Shown one piece after another: positions 13,471 through 27,080 of a DNA stretch of 64,000 bases. The position numbers and the translations under genes were made by a program. Every line of letters starts with the position of its first letter. Within the stretch, counting starts at the first letter, position 1. Origin of the DNA: Octopus vulgaris. Lineage: Eukaryota. A model generated the notes under the pieces. The model ran no database searches. It was not told the DNA's origin and saw only the letters and a list, made by a program, of their open reading frames with translations. The stretch lies in contig OX597818.1 of assembly GCA_951406725.2 (NCBI GenBank), positions 79,360,001 to 79,424,000 on the forward strand, given 5' to 3'.

Positions 13471-13866
13471 GATGAAATGACCGAAAGAGGCTGAGTGAAA
13501 GGGAGATAATAACAGTGACCCGCCTAAACTAGGGTGCGCAAGCCCTTGGGTGTAAATGAGAAAATACGTGTCTGAGTGTGTGTATGTGAATAGGGGGAGC
13601 ACGTGCAAATGTATATTTGGGCGAGCTTGAAATTATGTGGGCCTGTCCAAGCATATGGGAGCGTGTGTCTGTGTGAGTGTGTGTGTGTGCGCGCCTATAA
13701 GTAACCAAGTGCGTGCATTTTATGGACTAATGTGCATCTCGTGTATTTGTATGTATGTGATGTGTGTCGTATGTGTGTATATTTCTGTATGAATTGTTAA
13801 ATTTGGGTATGGTTATATTTTTGCCAATGAACCACACGCACTATATACTTGGTCTTCACTTCAGCC

Positions 13867-13905
<39 letters not shown>

Positions 13906-13941
13906 GTCTTATTATTCTTATTCTTATTCTTATTCTTATTC

Positions 13942-14011
<70 letters not shown>

Positions 14012-14028
14012 CATTATTCTTCTTCTTC

Positions 14029-14082
<54 letters not shown>

Positions 14083-14084
<2 letters not shown>

Positions 14085-15020
14085 CTATGTTTGACTTTTG
14101 CTTTATGTCTGTAGAAGTTGGCTCCAAGTCTCACCCAGAGACCTCAAGAGACAACAGGTTGGAAGTTCTGTGCCATATATTTGGTTTTTTTTTGGAGGGT
14201 TTTTTGTACTAGTGAATGTATAATACATAAAAATAAAATAAAAGAAAAAAATTAATAAAAAAAGGTTGTTTTAAACCTTGGGATTACATAGAGAGTATTT
14301 TGCGTAGGATATGAGCAGTTCCCATGAGCACTATCTTTTGAATTTCTGCCATTTTGGGGTTTCCTGGTATCTGAGTTAGGTAGCAATCAGTCCCTTTCGC
14401 TATCATTCCCAGGGCACCTATGACAACAGGTATTGTTTTAGTCTTCAGCTTCCACATTTTGCTGATTTCTATTTCAAGATCTTTATATTTGCTCAGTTTT
14501 TGGTAGGTCTTGACAGATACGTTTATATCGATTGGGACAGTCATATCAATGAGGAGGCATGTTCTTTGTCTGAAGTCTTTCAATATGATGTCTGGCCTAT
14601 TTGCATCTATCTTCCTGTCAGTTTGAATGGTGAAGTTCCAGAGGAGTGAGATGTGGTCATTTTCAAGCACTGGAGGTGGATTGTGTTCCCACCAGTTTTT
14701 TTCATGGGGCAAATCCAGGTTTTTGCAAATTACCCAGTGAATATATTGTGCAGCTCTATCATGCTTGTTGAGGTACTCTGTAGGCGCTAGAAGACTGCAT
14801 TTGGAGACAACATGGTCAATGGTTTCATTTTGTTGTCGGCATACACGACATGTTGGGCTACTGCCGTTCTTTAATATGTTGGCCTGGTAGTTTCTTGTTG
14901 GTAGGCATTGATCTTGAGCTGCTATGATAAACCCCTCTGTTTCAGATTTTAAGCCAGAGGCCATTAGCCATTGATGGGTCAGGGCTTTGTCAATATCTGC
15001 ATTATTCGCTCTCTTTGGGT
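14083..15020 (-). mobile_element. R4/Dong-type RLE LINE, 5'-truncated, with an open 226-aa C-terminal ORF
   Basis: ETEGFIIAAQDQ, CCHC finger (CRVC...ETIDHVVSKC), KHD, RPDI...LIDMTVP...KxxKY; (TAA)n on both sides. Confidence 0.92.
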
Positions 15021-15028
15021 ATTATTAC

Positions 15029-15104
<76 letters not shown>

Positions 15105-15648
15105 GAGTGACAGAGCAGTGCGTACCATCAAAGTAACTCTGGGGTAAAATATACGAAGCCCAGCATACCCATCATGACTACCCGTCTGATAAGGATACAC
15201 ACAGCACATGCACTACAACCAAATGTGCACGACATGGTGATCTCATATGACGATAAAGAGTACATGACTTTGCAGGTAGGGCCCAGTTAGAATTTTCTTC
15301 AGGTCAAGTAGCCCATCCCGTTCAAATGGTCCCTCAATAAAGGTTGTTAAATGAATCCCCTATATTTTCAAAGTTGGATTAGCCAAACTCTAAAGAATTC
15401 CTCTCAACACATGGCTATAATACTCTCCCACTACGTCTGTACGTGATCAGGGATGCACATATCGTCAGCCACTAAGGGACATGCTCAACTGGTTAAGATC
15501 AAACAACTGACAAGCAAATCTGTGGTATTGAGAAGAATATTTGCTGTAGCAATTCTTTTATATCAAGACAAAACAACGTACATGATAACACTTCCAGTCA
15601 ATTAAGATAAGTAGCCATGAGAGCCACTGCCTGGCACCGCATCAGGAC

Positions 15649-15650
<2 letters not shown>
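15105..15650 (-). mobile_element. ~540-bp (TAA)n-embedded element, copy 2
   Basis: Matches 8288-8821 and 41373-41920. Confidence 0.85.
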
Positions 15651-15729
<79 letters not shown>

Positions 15730-15740
15730 CATTATTATTA

Positions 15741-15805
<65 letters not shown>

Positions 15806-15808
<3 letters not shown>

Positions 15809-16178
15809 TAGTTTTATTTTTATAGCGTGCTTTCACTTCACTACCGAGCGCAGCTCTGTGTGCCTTAGTTATGTGCTGTGATTTGTTGTGATGCTCTGAT
15901 GGTTATTGTATGGAAAGTGTTCTGCGTAGGATGTGTGCAGTGCCTAGTAGTGCAATGTTCTGTATGTTATATCTGTTTGTAAGTCCTGGTGTTTTTGTTA
16001 TGTATTTGTCTGAATATTTTTTTATCATGCCTAATGCACCTACTATGATAGGAATTGTTTCTGTTTTTAGATTCGACATTCTGGTTACCTCTGTCTAGGT
16101 CTTTGTATTTTGAAAGTTTCTCCATTTCTTTTAGAGACACGTTGTCATCTGCCAGTATTGATACATCAATTAGAAAGC

Positions 16179-16180
<2 letters not shown>
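15806..16180 (-). mobile_element. R4/Dong-type RLE LINE, 3' fragment with a different 3' UTR
   Basis: CFLIDVSILADDNVSLKEMEKLSKYKDL followed by a frameshift; flanked by (TAA)n. Confidence 0.85.
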
Positions 16181-16263
<83 letters not shown>

Positions 16264-16270
16264 GTTGTTG

Positions 16271-16344
<74 letters not shown>

Positions 16345-17125
16345 GTTGTTGTTGTTGTGGTTATTATTATTATTCATGTTCACAGACTGCTCGCCAAATT
16401 CAATTAAGTGAACATAGGGAAACATTCGGTCAGAAAATGTTTTTTGCTTTTTTCTTTCCACAAACTACATGACACAATTGAAGTTGGAAGAAAGTTAAAA
16501 GAAAAACGTTTTCTTTAAATGTTCAAGCCTGTTCTGAAAGGAAATGACAACAATAATAGAACAACCAGTAAATGATGTGGATTAAAACGTAACTTTAACA
16601 TATGAATATAAACAAATTAAAGTTCCCAACGTTTGACATAAAGCGATCGAAACCAACCAAGTTTGCTCGTTCATAAAACCATTACATGTAAACTGCAGGC
16701 TAATCGATTGAAATAAAGGACGTTTGCACTCTCTGAGTGCTCTTCTTCTTCTTCTTCTTCTTCTTCTTCTTCTTCTTCTTCTTCTTCTTCTTCTTCTTCT
16801 TCTTCTTCTTCTTCTTCATCTTCTTTTTCCACTTCTTTTCTTCTTCTTCTTCTTCTCATCATTATTATTATTATTATTATCATTATTGTTGTTGTTGTTA
16901 TTATTATTATTATTATTGTACTTTATGCACACAGACAGTTTCTAGGCTTTTCTTTTTCCAGTGATTTCGGTGCCACAGGCAAATCGTCACGTTTAAGCTG
17001 CATGCTGATAGGTCAAAACTGTATTCGAAAAATTCAGCTTGTCAGAGCATTGTAAAAGGTATAAATGTCAGTCATTTTACTACAGTTGTCAAGTACTAAA
17101 CTCAACTATCACTTAATGCGTATTG

Positions 17126-17165
17126 AAATCTGATGATTACTACGAACGTATGAAATCGCTAATTG
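17126..17165 (+). ncRNA. Minimal hammerhead-like motif
   Basis: AAT-CTGATGA-TTAC...GTAT-GAAA-TCGC-TA-ATT. Confidence 0.45.
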
Positions 17166-17271
17166 AACTCAATGAATACAGCTAAATATTTTTTAATCTT
17201 TTACACACTTCAACAGTGTAAACAAAGTTTCGAAATATACGAAAATATAAACGTGAAAACCATATATATAC

Positions 17272-17465
17272 AAAAGTGTGTATAAAGATATATACACACA
17301 ACGAAGACCCATGACAGGACTTCTTACATGCTAAAAGGGGCAGTTAAACCCAAACCACGAAAAAATAATTCGCTGGTAATGGCACTGGAATGAAAGGAAT
17401 TTGGCATGTAAGAATTCCCGTCATGGGTCTTCTCTTTATGTATATATCTTTATACACTCTTATAT
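17272..17465. repeat. Fold-back inverted repeat with ~65-bp arms
   Basis: GTGTATAAAGATATATACAC..GAAGACCCATGACAGGACTTCTTACATGC pairs with GCATGTAAGAATTCCCGTCATGGGTCTTC..TATATATCTTTATACAC. Confidence 0.85.
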
Positions 17466-17560
17466 ATGAAAATATGTTCGCTTGTGACTTTCATCACGCA
17501 TGCGAACCACTGGTAATAAATTATCCTAATATTTTACCCTTATGATTTATATATGTATAT

Positions 17561-17593
<33 letters not shown>

Positions 17594-17754
17594 TATAAAT
17601 AATAGAAAAATAAGATAGAAAATGCTAAAATAATTTTAGCATTTTCTATCTTGACTTTTTTTCCATATATATCAACTCGTGTGTTCCTTTTCATCCTTCT
17701 ATATACATACATATACATACATATACATATACATTTATATATATATATATATAT

Positions 17755-17799
<45 letters not shown>

Positions 17800-17804
17800 C
17801 AGAC

Positions 17805-17869
<65 letters not shown>

Positions 17870-17994
17870 TGTATAGATACATATGTATATGCATATATAT
17901 ATATACATATACATTTATATATGTGTGTATATATAGATACGTATAGATATAGATATATATGTATATGCGCACATATGTATGTATATGCCCCCCC

Positions 17995-18045
<51 letters not shown>

Positions 18046-18084
18046 GCATGGGCGCGTGCGCTTGCATGTACACCAGTATGTATG

Positions 18085-18760
18085 ACCTGAACGCGGGCAA
18101 ATACCTCGCCAACAGGAAGCCTAATGAAGAAACGGTATATATCCACAAGTGCTGGAACCTTCCCGCCCCCGCTGTAATTAGAATTCTGGTTTCAGGAATT
18201 AGCAAACGAGTATCTAAACTCTAAATCAATGGGGAGATTTTTAATAGGGCTGCCCCCACTACAACTATGCTTTGGCTAGGAGCAGATTTTCTGAGAAGCT
18301 CACGTATGTCGATGATCCTCAAATCCCCTCTCTTCACCCCAAGAGAATTAGGAAAAGGAAAATTATCTGCTATATCCCCCCATTTAATCTAGAAGTTTCT
18401 ACCTCCTGCCATTAGTAAAGAAACATTTCCCTAATGGTCATAAGTACTACAAACTCTTCAAACCCCAAAAATGTCAAGGTAAGCTACTCCGGCTTAGATA
18501 ACATCGCATCTAACATCATGCGCATCAACACAATCCCCAACCCCAACCTGCTACTTCCGAAATCCTACGTCTAGGTGGATCTTGCCTTTCGTGGGTTGTA
18601 GTACACAGAGCCACCTTTACCACATCCTATGGCACTACTAGGCACTATACGGGCATGACGTCCAATGACTTCAGGGAAAGATACTCCCGGCACTTGCATT
18701 CATTTAGACCCAGGGACAGAGAGAACTATACTTCCCTGTCTCGATTTCTCTGGAGACTTT
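18085..18760 (+). pseudogene. Penelope-like element remnant (RT C-terminus plus GIY-YIG endonuclease), Naiad-like
   Basis: Across frameshifts: KPNEETVYIHK, IPPFNLEVS, KHFPNGHKYYKLF, VKVSYS, LGGSCL..VVHRA...HYTGMTSNDFRERYSRHLHSF...TSLSRFLW. Confidence 0.8.
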
Positions 18761-19558
18761 GTTTCTATCTTGTATTTGTTTGTATATGTATATGTATATA
18801 TATGACGGACTTCCACACAGTATCCATCTTGTATTTGTGTGCCTTTGTGTTTGCGTTTTTGTTTCAGCAGAAGAGGCTGATATAATAAGTTGCAGACTTG
18901 AAACATATGTACTAGGGTCGATTTGTTGGGCTAAATACTTTTAAACGCTGCTCCAGCATGTCTACACTCGAGTAACTGAAACAAGCAAAAGGTATGTGTG
19001 TGAAGGTATGTGTGTGAGAGAGTGTGTGTGTGTTTGTGTGAGTGAGTGAGTGAGTGAGTGAGTGGATGAATGAGTGAATGAGTGAGTGTATATTCCCCTG
19101 TTTCATCTAAGTCGTTGACAGAAGTAATAAAAACAGATGTAGAAACAGCGCTAACCAAAACAAACGATCTACGTCTTATCGAAATCATTGACGAATTCTG
19201 TGAATTTTACGTATTCATGTATTTAAATATAGATAAATTCATTTTGTTAGGACACTTTCTTCCTTTTATTACCGATGAAGAAATCTTGTTTGGCCTGCAG
19301 GCTGGAAAAAGCCAAATATCTGTAAACAGATATCTCTACTACCACTTTTACATATCTGTCATTTTATAATCAGATCTTTACAGAGTGCAATAAAGCTGAT
19401 GTCACTTTTGGAAGACGAAAATCAAAATTCCTCAATGGTTTGATCCAGATATACAATGAAAATAAATTGTGACTACGAAGCAAAGCAAAACAAAAAACAA
19501 TATCAATATTATTCTTTCACTATGTTCCTGTTGAGAAATAAAAAATCGACTATTTTTT

Positions 19559-19610
<52 letters not shown>

Positions 19611-20020
19611 TATTGTTGTTGTTGTTGTTCTTCTTCTTCTTCTTCTTTTTCTCTTTCTTCTTCTTCATCTTCTTCATCTTCTTCTTGTAGTTGTTGTTGC
19701 CGCTGTTGTTCTTGTTAACGATATACAGTTAAACATATAGAAATAGCTTTCAGAGATAAAACTTTATCTTGTTCAAGTGCACACAGCTAGGGTATTCTAA
19801 CTGCATATCATTATAATGGAGTTTCGTTAAGTTCAGATCCATATAACCTTTCAGAGGCTGGTTCTGTATACATGATATATGATAAATCATTTTATGAAAA
19901 CTTCGGAAGACAGTCAGAAATGATCACGTGAAGAATGAAATAGTTGCTATTCTAAATGTATATGCGTGTCTGTAATGCGTAGCATTATTATTATTATTGA
20001 GTGAGCGAGCAGAGCATGCC

Positions 20021-20117
<97 letters not shown>

Positions 20118-20200
20118 GTTATCATTATCATCATTATTATTACTTATTTTTATTTGTATTATTATAATTATAATCATTATTATTATTGTTGTTGTTTTGA

Positions 20201-21060
20201 CGGCGAGCTAGCAGAAACATTATCACGCCCGCCGAAATGCTTAGCGGTATTTCGTCTGCCGTTACGTTCTGAGTTTAAATTACGCCGAGGTAGACTTTGC
20301 CTTTCATCCTTTTGGGGGTCGATAAATTAAGTACCAGTTACGCACTGGGTCGATGTAATCGACTTAATCTGTTTGTCTGTCTTTGTTTGTCCCCTTTGTG
20401 TTTAGCCCCTTGTGGGTAGTAAAGAAATAGGAATTTCGTCTGTCTTCACGTTCTGAATTCAAATTCTGTCTTGGTCGATCTTTGCCTTTCATCCTTTCGG
20501 GGTGGAAAAATTAAGTACCATCGAAACACTGGGGTCGATGTAATCGACTAAACCCTGTACCACCCTCACTAAAATTCAGGCCTTGTGCCTTCAGTACAAA
20601 GGATCAATATTATATTTACTCTTTTGTAGAACCGTTAGCACACCCTACAAAATGCTAAGTGGCATTTCTTCCGGTTTTACGCTCTGATTTCAGATCCCAT
20701 TGCATTCGAATGCAAATGTACCTTCCATCCTTTCGGGATCAGTGAAATAAGTACCAGTTGAGCACTGGGGTCAATGTAATCAATTATCCCCTCCCCCACA
20801 TTTCAGGCCTTTGCCTTGAGTAGAAATGATTATTCTGCGAACTAGCAGAATCGTTAGCACGCCGGTCGAAATGCTTAGCGATATTTCGCCTGCCGCTACG
20901 TTCTGAGTTCAAATTCCGCCGAGGTCTACTTTGATTTTCTTCCTTTCGGGGTCGATAAAATAAATATCGATAAAATAAATACCAGTGAAACACCGGGGTG
21001 GATGTAATCGACTGCCCCACTCTCCCAAATTTAAGCCCTTGTGCCTATAATAGAAAAGAT
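20201..21060 (+). mobile_element. Cluster of four tandem SINE family A units
   Basis: Units start at ~20201, ~20428 (headless), ~20625 and ~20836. Confidence 0.85.
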
Positions 21061-21064
21061 TATT

Positions 21065-24000
21065 ATTGTATGTTCTAATTTTCTTTTATGTACTAATGTC
21101 TCAACGTGAGACGACGAGGGACAAGATTTTGCTTCAAAAGATGCTAACAGGTAAGTTGCTTGGCAACTGAAAACATCGATGTTTCATGGTAGAGAATAAA
21201 GAGAAAACAGGAAGATTTGGTTGCATATACTAGAAAATGAATTTACGTAAATATGTGCGGTAATATAAGTATGATCGTTTACAATTAATTTATTTTGGAC
21301 TACCAAGAATTTGATATTCATGATTGTCCGCTCATTTTGACGTCATTTGAAGTTCCCTATAACAGTAGGAATATTGTTACTTTAAGATGCCACATTCAAC
21401 TGATTCTTCAGATTCTTAAATTTGATCAGTTTCTCAAACATTTTCAGAGTTGTTTTTCTCAGCCAGCCTTACAGCATCAATCAAATAAAAATTATTTCAA
21501 CACGACTTTACACAATGATATCAGATCGGTTAGCGCATATTGAAATTCCAGAGTGTAGTAACCCAAACAGTCTGGGTAATTTGGTGCAGCTTGTGTTCCC
21601 ACTAGTGCGGCATATTGACCAGTATATGTACTGAGCTACCCTTTCATATATTGGCAAATACTTTGATAGTGCCAGTCGGCTGCATCCAAATATTATGTGG
21701 TTGATTGTCACTGGATAATCCGTACATATGCAGCACAAGGGGCTGCTTTCATGATCAGTTCCAGTTAGCAGGGACTGATCTAGAGTAGCAATGATATACT
21801 CCTCAGCATCTCAGCCATTGATGAGTAAGAATTTGATCTATATTAGGCTCCCTAACTTACTTGAATATCTGACATGCAGTGACTTTTGCTTCCACTTCGC
21901 CTTTGTATTTTGGAGGCTGAGTTGCTTCTCTAAGTTTTATTTATTTGTTTTGGGACACATTTTCTCCGGTTACTGATTCGTCTAGTTGCATTTCTTGTAA
22001 GAATATTTTTGCGACTTTCGTCGCTGAGTGCCATTTTTTAGTATTTTCATGTTTCAGAACCAACTTTAACACCTAATCATTTACTTGTTATTCCTCAGCA
22101 GAAAGTCCGATGATAGCAATTTTCAATGAGGGTTGAGATTATATTAAACCTCGACCACTTTTTTTTTTCGGGAGGTACAGTCAGTCTGTGATTGCTTTTG
22201 GGTGATGCATACGATACACTGCCACCAACTTACGTATTTTGACATTAAGCTTGTTGGTTTCGGAGATGGAACAGTTTATTACATACGAACTGTATATGAT
22301 TACAGACATTGCCAGCGCGTTTTTGGTCGCAATTGCAAGTCTGTCATTAAACTTGGTTTTCAAAATACCTCTTACTCTCCGAGAGCATTTCTTCCTTATC
22401 TTTTTCATCATTAGTGAGAGTTTAATCCCGTCTCATTCACATACTCCTAGATTCTTATAACCGCTCTTAGACTGTAAGTTTTTTTTCGGTATCTTTATCT
22501 AGGTTGATGTTGCATATGTTTGATAGTTTTCCCTTAGCAAATCTAGGTTTGGTGTATCTGTCAAGCCCAAATTCTATTTTGATCTCATCACTAAATTATT
22601 TTGGGTTAGTGGGTGTGCTTGCAATTGATCATTTTAACAAACAGTTTCAAGTCATCCATATAAGGATGATTAATTACTTTTCCATACACGCCCTGTGTCC
22701 ATAATTTGTTTCATTCAGGACTTTACTTAAAGGAAACATTGTTAAACAGAATAGCAAATGAGCTGATGAATCTCCTTGATTGATTGCAGATTTAATATTG
22801 ACTTGTCCAGCGTTTATATCTGTGGTCTCCACATTCAAAATTAATGTCGTTTTCTAGAGCTTCATGGCATGAGATACAAAATCAAGAGATTACTGGTGAA
22901 ATTTTGACATTTCTAGGCATTACTCTATCCAGCTATGAGAAAGATTATCGAAGGCCTTCTTGTAACATATCCAAGCCACTGAGAGACTTTTTTTCTTGTG
23001 ACAGTCTTCAAGAATAATTTTGTTAATTAACAGTTGATCCATGCATCAATAAGACCCACATTAACAGCCTTTTTGTTCATCACAGAAAATGTTAATGAGG
23101 AAAACATACGTGCATTCCATTAGGACACATGTAAGGATCGTGCATATTGTTGTAAAGCATGTCATGGGCCTGTAGTTTTGTTTCATTGTTTGGGCTGAGC
23201 GATGAGGTGATATCATTGGTCAATCATTTCGAGATCGTTTACGGTTCCTTCATAATTACGTTGTAACGACAAATTAGCCTTTTGTGCTAGATTGTAAACA
23301 CAATAAGCCAATAGTTTTGGATCTTATCCATACCAGTTGACCTCCATTTATTAGACTTGTAAGTTAGGTATAAACTCTTGTATAAACTCGTCTTCTTTTT
23401 CTCTGATCATCGTGGGACATCACACATATGCTCCTTTTCATCTGCTCAAACTTTACTCCAGAATTCAAGTATTCTATGCTCTTATGGAATTTCTATTTTG
23501 ATAGTGTTCTGTCCAGTGGTACCTATAGAACTTCTTTGGGTTATTTTTAAACATGTTTTTTCTTTTCTTGAAAAACTTGGATAATTTTTCGAAGCATTGT
23601 ATGTGAGAAGCTTTGGCCTGTGCTTTTTGTCTTATTTTCTCAAAATTAGGTGTTTAATTTATATTTTAATTTAATTTATACTTTCTCATTATCCTTCTCT
23701 TCTTGGACGGTTTTATATTATGATTATTACTTAAGTTTTTCAGTATTTATATATCAGATCGAAGAGAATCAATTTGTTTCTTGATTTATTTTCTTACCAC
23801 ATTGTTCTTTTATGAGGATTTGCAACTCTATTTTTCAGTTTTAATGCACACACTTTGGTGCCGACTATAGCAGCAGCGTAGAGTAACTTATGCACGGATG
23901 TGATGCCTAATTCATTTTCGTTTATGATGAATTTAAGAGTTGTATTCACCAAGAAGATTATTTTGTCATTTATCTTTTTCTATTACAAACTTTAGTGAGG

Positions 24001-24160
24001 TCACTGCTTTCCTTCATATCCAGTTTGAACATTAATCCATTGAGTATTATTTGTGCTTCAAGTTCTGTCAGATCACTTTCCTTGTTATCAACATTATTTC
24101 CAATAGATTGTTGCTAATTTTATAAGTATGTTCACCTGCAATGGTTTGATATCCAGAGAA
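21065..24160 (-). pseudogene. Long, heavily decayed R4/Dong-type LINE (RT plus RLE)
   Basis: Minus-strand remnants NYRPMTC, QKGC..DQLLINK, WICYKKAFD..SHSWI, NQGDS..LLFCL, YMDDLKL, MHHPKA, CCIC...INHIIFGC; many stops and frameshifts. Confidence 0.85.
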
Positions 24161-24166
24161 TTTCTT

Positions 24167-24327
<161 letters not shown>

Positions 24328-24332
24328 TATTA

Positions 24333-24375
<43 letters not shown>

Positions 24376-25467
24376 ACTGGAAAGTTATACAAATTACTCG
24401 AGTTCCAAGAGTTTCATGTGCTGAATGAGCTAATTATGTGTGTTAATGTTAGTGTGTGTGTGTCCGTGTCCGTGTGTGTGCGTGCGTGTGTGTGTAAATT
24501 TCAAGATAACTCAAAATGCATTAAGATTTTATATGGCTATAAGTTTACTCATAAAACTGCAACGCTTACGTTTCTTACATAGAATGAAAGTGCTGATTTA
24601 TGGACCGAAGAGAAATATGGTCATGTGATGCTCTGTTGGTCTCAAGTAAACGGAAATTACTTGAGATGAGAAATAAAAACAAAGAGGTAGACTTATTCCA
24701 ATAAGAAATTAAACGTCAGGGAATAAGAACGCTAATATATTTCGTCTAGAAATAAAAGGTGACTAATTCGACGCATACGTCAAGCTTGTGGGGAAGACGT
24801 CTGATATAAGCAGAGATCAAAGGTATTGAAACATTGTGTAGATGTACATATTGACAAATCTGTCGTCTTTAAACCTGAGGTTAACAGTTCCAACAATTAT
24901 AATCTTATTAGCAAGTCACCTCTGACATTTAGACATTTTTATATATTTCCATGGCATTGGGGAGAGAAAGGAAACTGAAGTTTCAAGACTGGTATTTACT
25001 CTGAAAGAAAAGTAAATTGATGAATAGATTGATAGAGAAAGAGAAAGAAAGAGAAAGAAAGAGAGAGATAAAGTAAGAGTAAAAAAGAGACAGGGGAAAG
25101 AGGAAGAGAGAGTGATAGAGAGATCGAGAGAGACAGATAGATGGATATATAGATAGAGAGGGAAAGAACGTACGGTTGTCTTTTAAACGAGCGTCACATA
25201 GTCTTATTTCATAAGACATAAAGGTACGTAGTCTAGTGGTCAGTACGTTGGGTGAGTCATCATAGAGCTGTGTGTTTGATTCTTGGACCAGGAAATACAT
25301 TGCTTCAATTTCCTCAACCACTACATGTATCAGCCAACATCTGGTACAACTCTCTCTCTCAAGTCATCTAGCACTTCAAAAACTGTAAGAGTCAATTTCC
25401 TGCCGTATTAAACCCTGAGATTGATTCTAACGTTTGACCAAATCTGTATTTAAGAATATGACTTTAT

Positions 25468-25511
<44 letters not shown>

Positions 25512-25512
<1 letters not shown>

Positions 25513-25748
25513 TGTTGTGTCTGGGGGGGAGTCATTTTCTTTTTGTGCAATATAATTTAACACACTCACCGGTAAAATTTCCACTTATTTCTTATTTGTA
25601 TTTTCCTAAAATTTTCGTTACGTCTTGCAACCTTTTCAATAGTCTTAAGGCACAAAAGAAAATGATTCTCCCCAGACACAAGAGAATATGCTTCAACACA
25701 CGAACTGATATAAAGAATCTTGTAAACCAAATCCAAAAACTAAAGATG
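25512..25748. mobile_element. Fold-back element in (TA)n, same family as 39287-39588
   Basis: TTGTGTCTGGGG..AGTCATTTTCTTTT..GTGC is inverted at 25650-25681; the body is shared with 39287. Confidence 0.8.
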
Positions 25749-26682
25749 TATATATATATGGAGTGGAGTGTATGTATGTATTATTTAAACTCTTATTCTC
25801 AGATAGACAGAACTTGAAAATATGTATTTTATATGCACACATATATAAACATGTATACACGCACACGCACACATACATATATACATGCATATACACATAC
25901 ATATGTGTGAATGTCTATATGTTTGTGTATATATGTTTGTGCGTGTATAAGTATGTGTTGGTATTATGCTTTGTTATATTTGCTTTTGCGGGAAGTGAAT
26001 ACGGGAATGGCGGTATATCAGATGTGCTAGCATCCCTTAGGCATAGCCTCCTCATTGTGAGCTCTTCGTATCTTTGCAGAATAACTGGTGCCATTGATTT
26101 TATTTAAAGAAAGTTCTTCTGCTCAGAGGCGGACCGAAATAGAGTTGCATATTATTGAATAAACATTTCATTTCTTTCCTTTCGGTTGTTTGTTAGATAA
26201 CCAAGCAAAAAGTACAACTAAAAATTGTTTGCAGGAAGCAAACAGATAATACAAACTTAAGAATATGTTTTACAAATATGAAATGCTCGACAATAAGCAG
26301 TATGCCAATGTACAATTTTACTTGTAAAATATCGATGATAGATACATCCCATGGTGCCACCTAAAAATGGTATGGCTAAGTTTCATTCATTGTTTTGACA
26401 TAAAAACTACCAAGATATATTTATCGACATCATTTTCCCGAAAGTTTACACAGATTCTATACTTAGTTAATACATTGACCACCAAATTCTTTATTTTCTC
26501 TGCGAAAAACTCATTGCGATTCGCACTGCGCTAGTTCTATATAAATACAGAAAGACTGTTATTTAGAGCGCAATTTTTTTACTAAATAAATATTTTATAT
26601 GTCTCGTTTAAGATATGTACATGCACACATATATACATACACTCGTACCCAGATACACATAAATACATATACTTATGTTTAT

Positions 26683-27080
26683 AGGGGAAGAATTCACAAA
26701 CAAAAAGACGAAGACAGGTGGTGTAGACAACAAACAGATGTATTAGATTAACGCTCGGGAAGTGAAAAAGTCTTTAACGTTTCGAGCCTAGGCTCTTCCA
26801 CAAAAAGGAACACAGAAAGAAACAAGGAGAGAAAATAAATAAATATATGTATAGAGAGCGGCATTCACACATATATATAGGTAAATGAAAAATTAAAAAA
26901 AAAAACAGGAAAATCAACAAAGTCAGCTAGACATACACAATGTATATATTAGATTGATGCACTTGAAAATTTTAGATGGAAAATAGTATTGGAAATGACG
27001 TTTCGAGCATGGCTCATCGTCGGAATTAGAAAAAAGTCCAGAGAAGAGGAAATGGGGTAAGAAGCAGATAGTCCGGAGAA
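26683..27080 (-). mobile_element. Two adjacent PLE-terminal-like repeats with small hammerhead variants (26772-26808, 26993-27027)
   Basis: Minus strand TTGTGGA-AGAGCCTAGGCTC-GAAAC-GTT-AAAG and CCGACGA-TGAGCCATGCTC-GAAAC-GTC. Confidence 0.55.

Noticed and set aside
19082-19369. 95-aa plus-strand ORF
   Set aside because: Starts in a GAGT repeat, has no recognisable homology and no convincing splice pair
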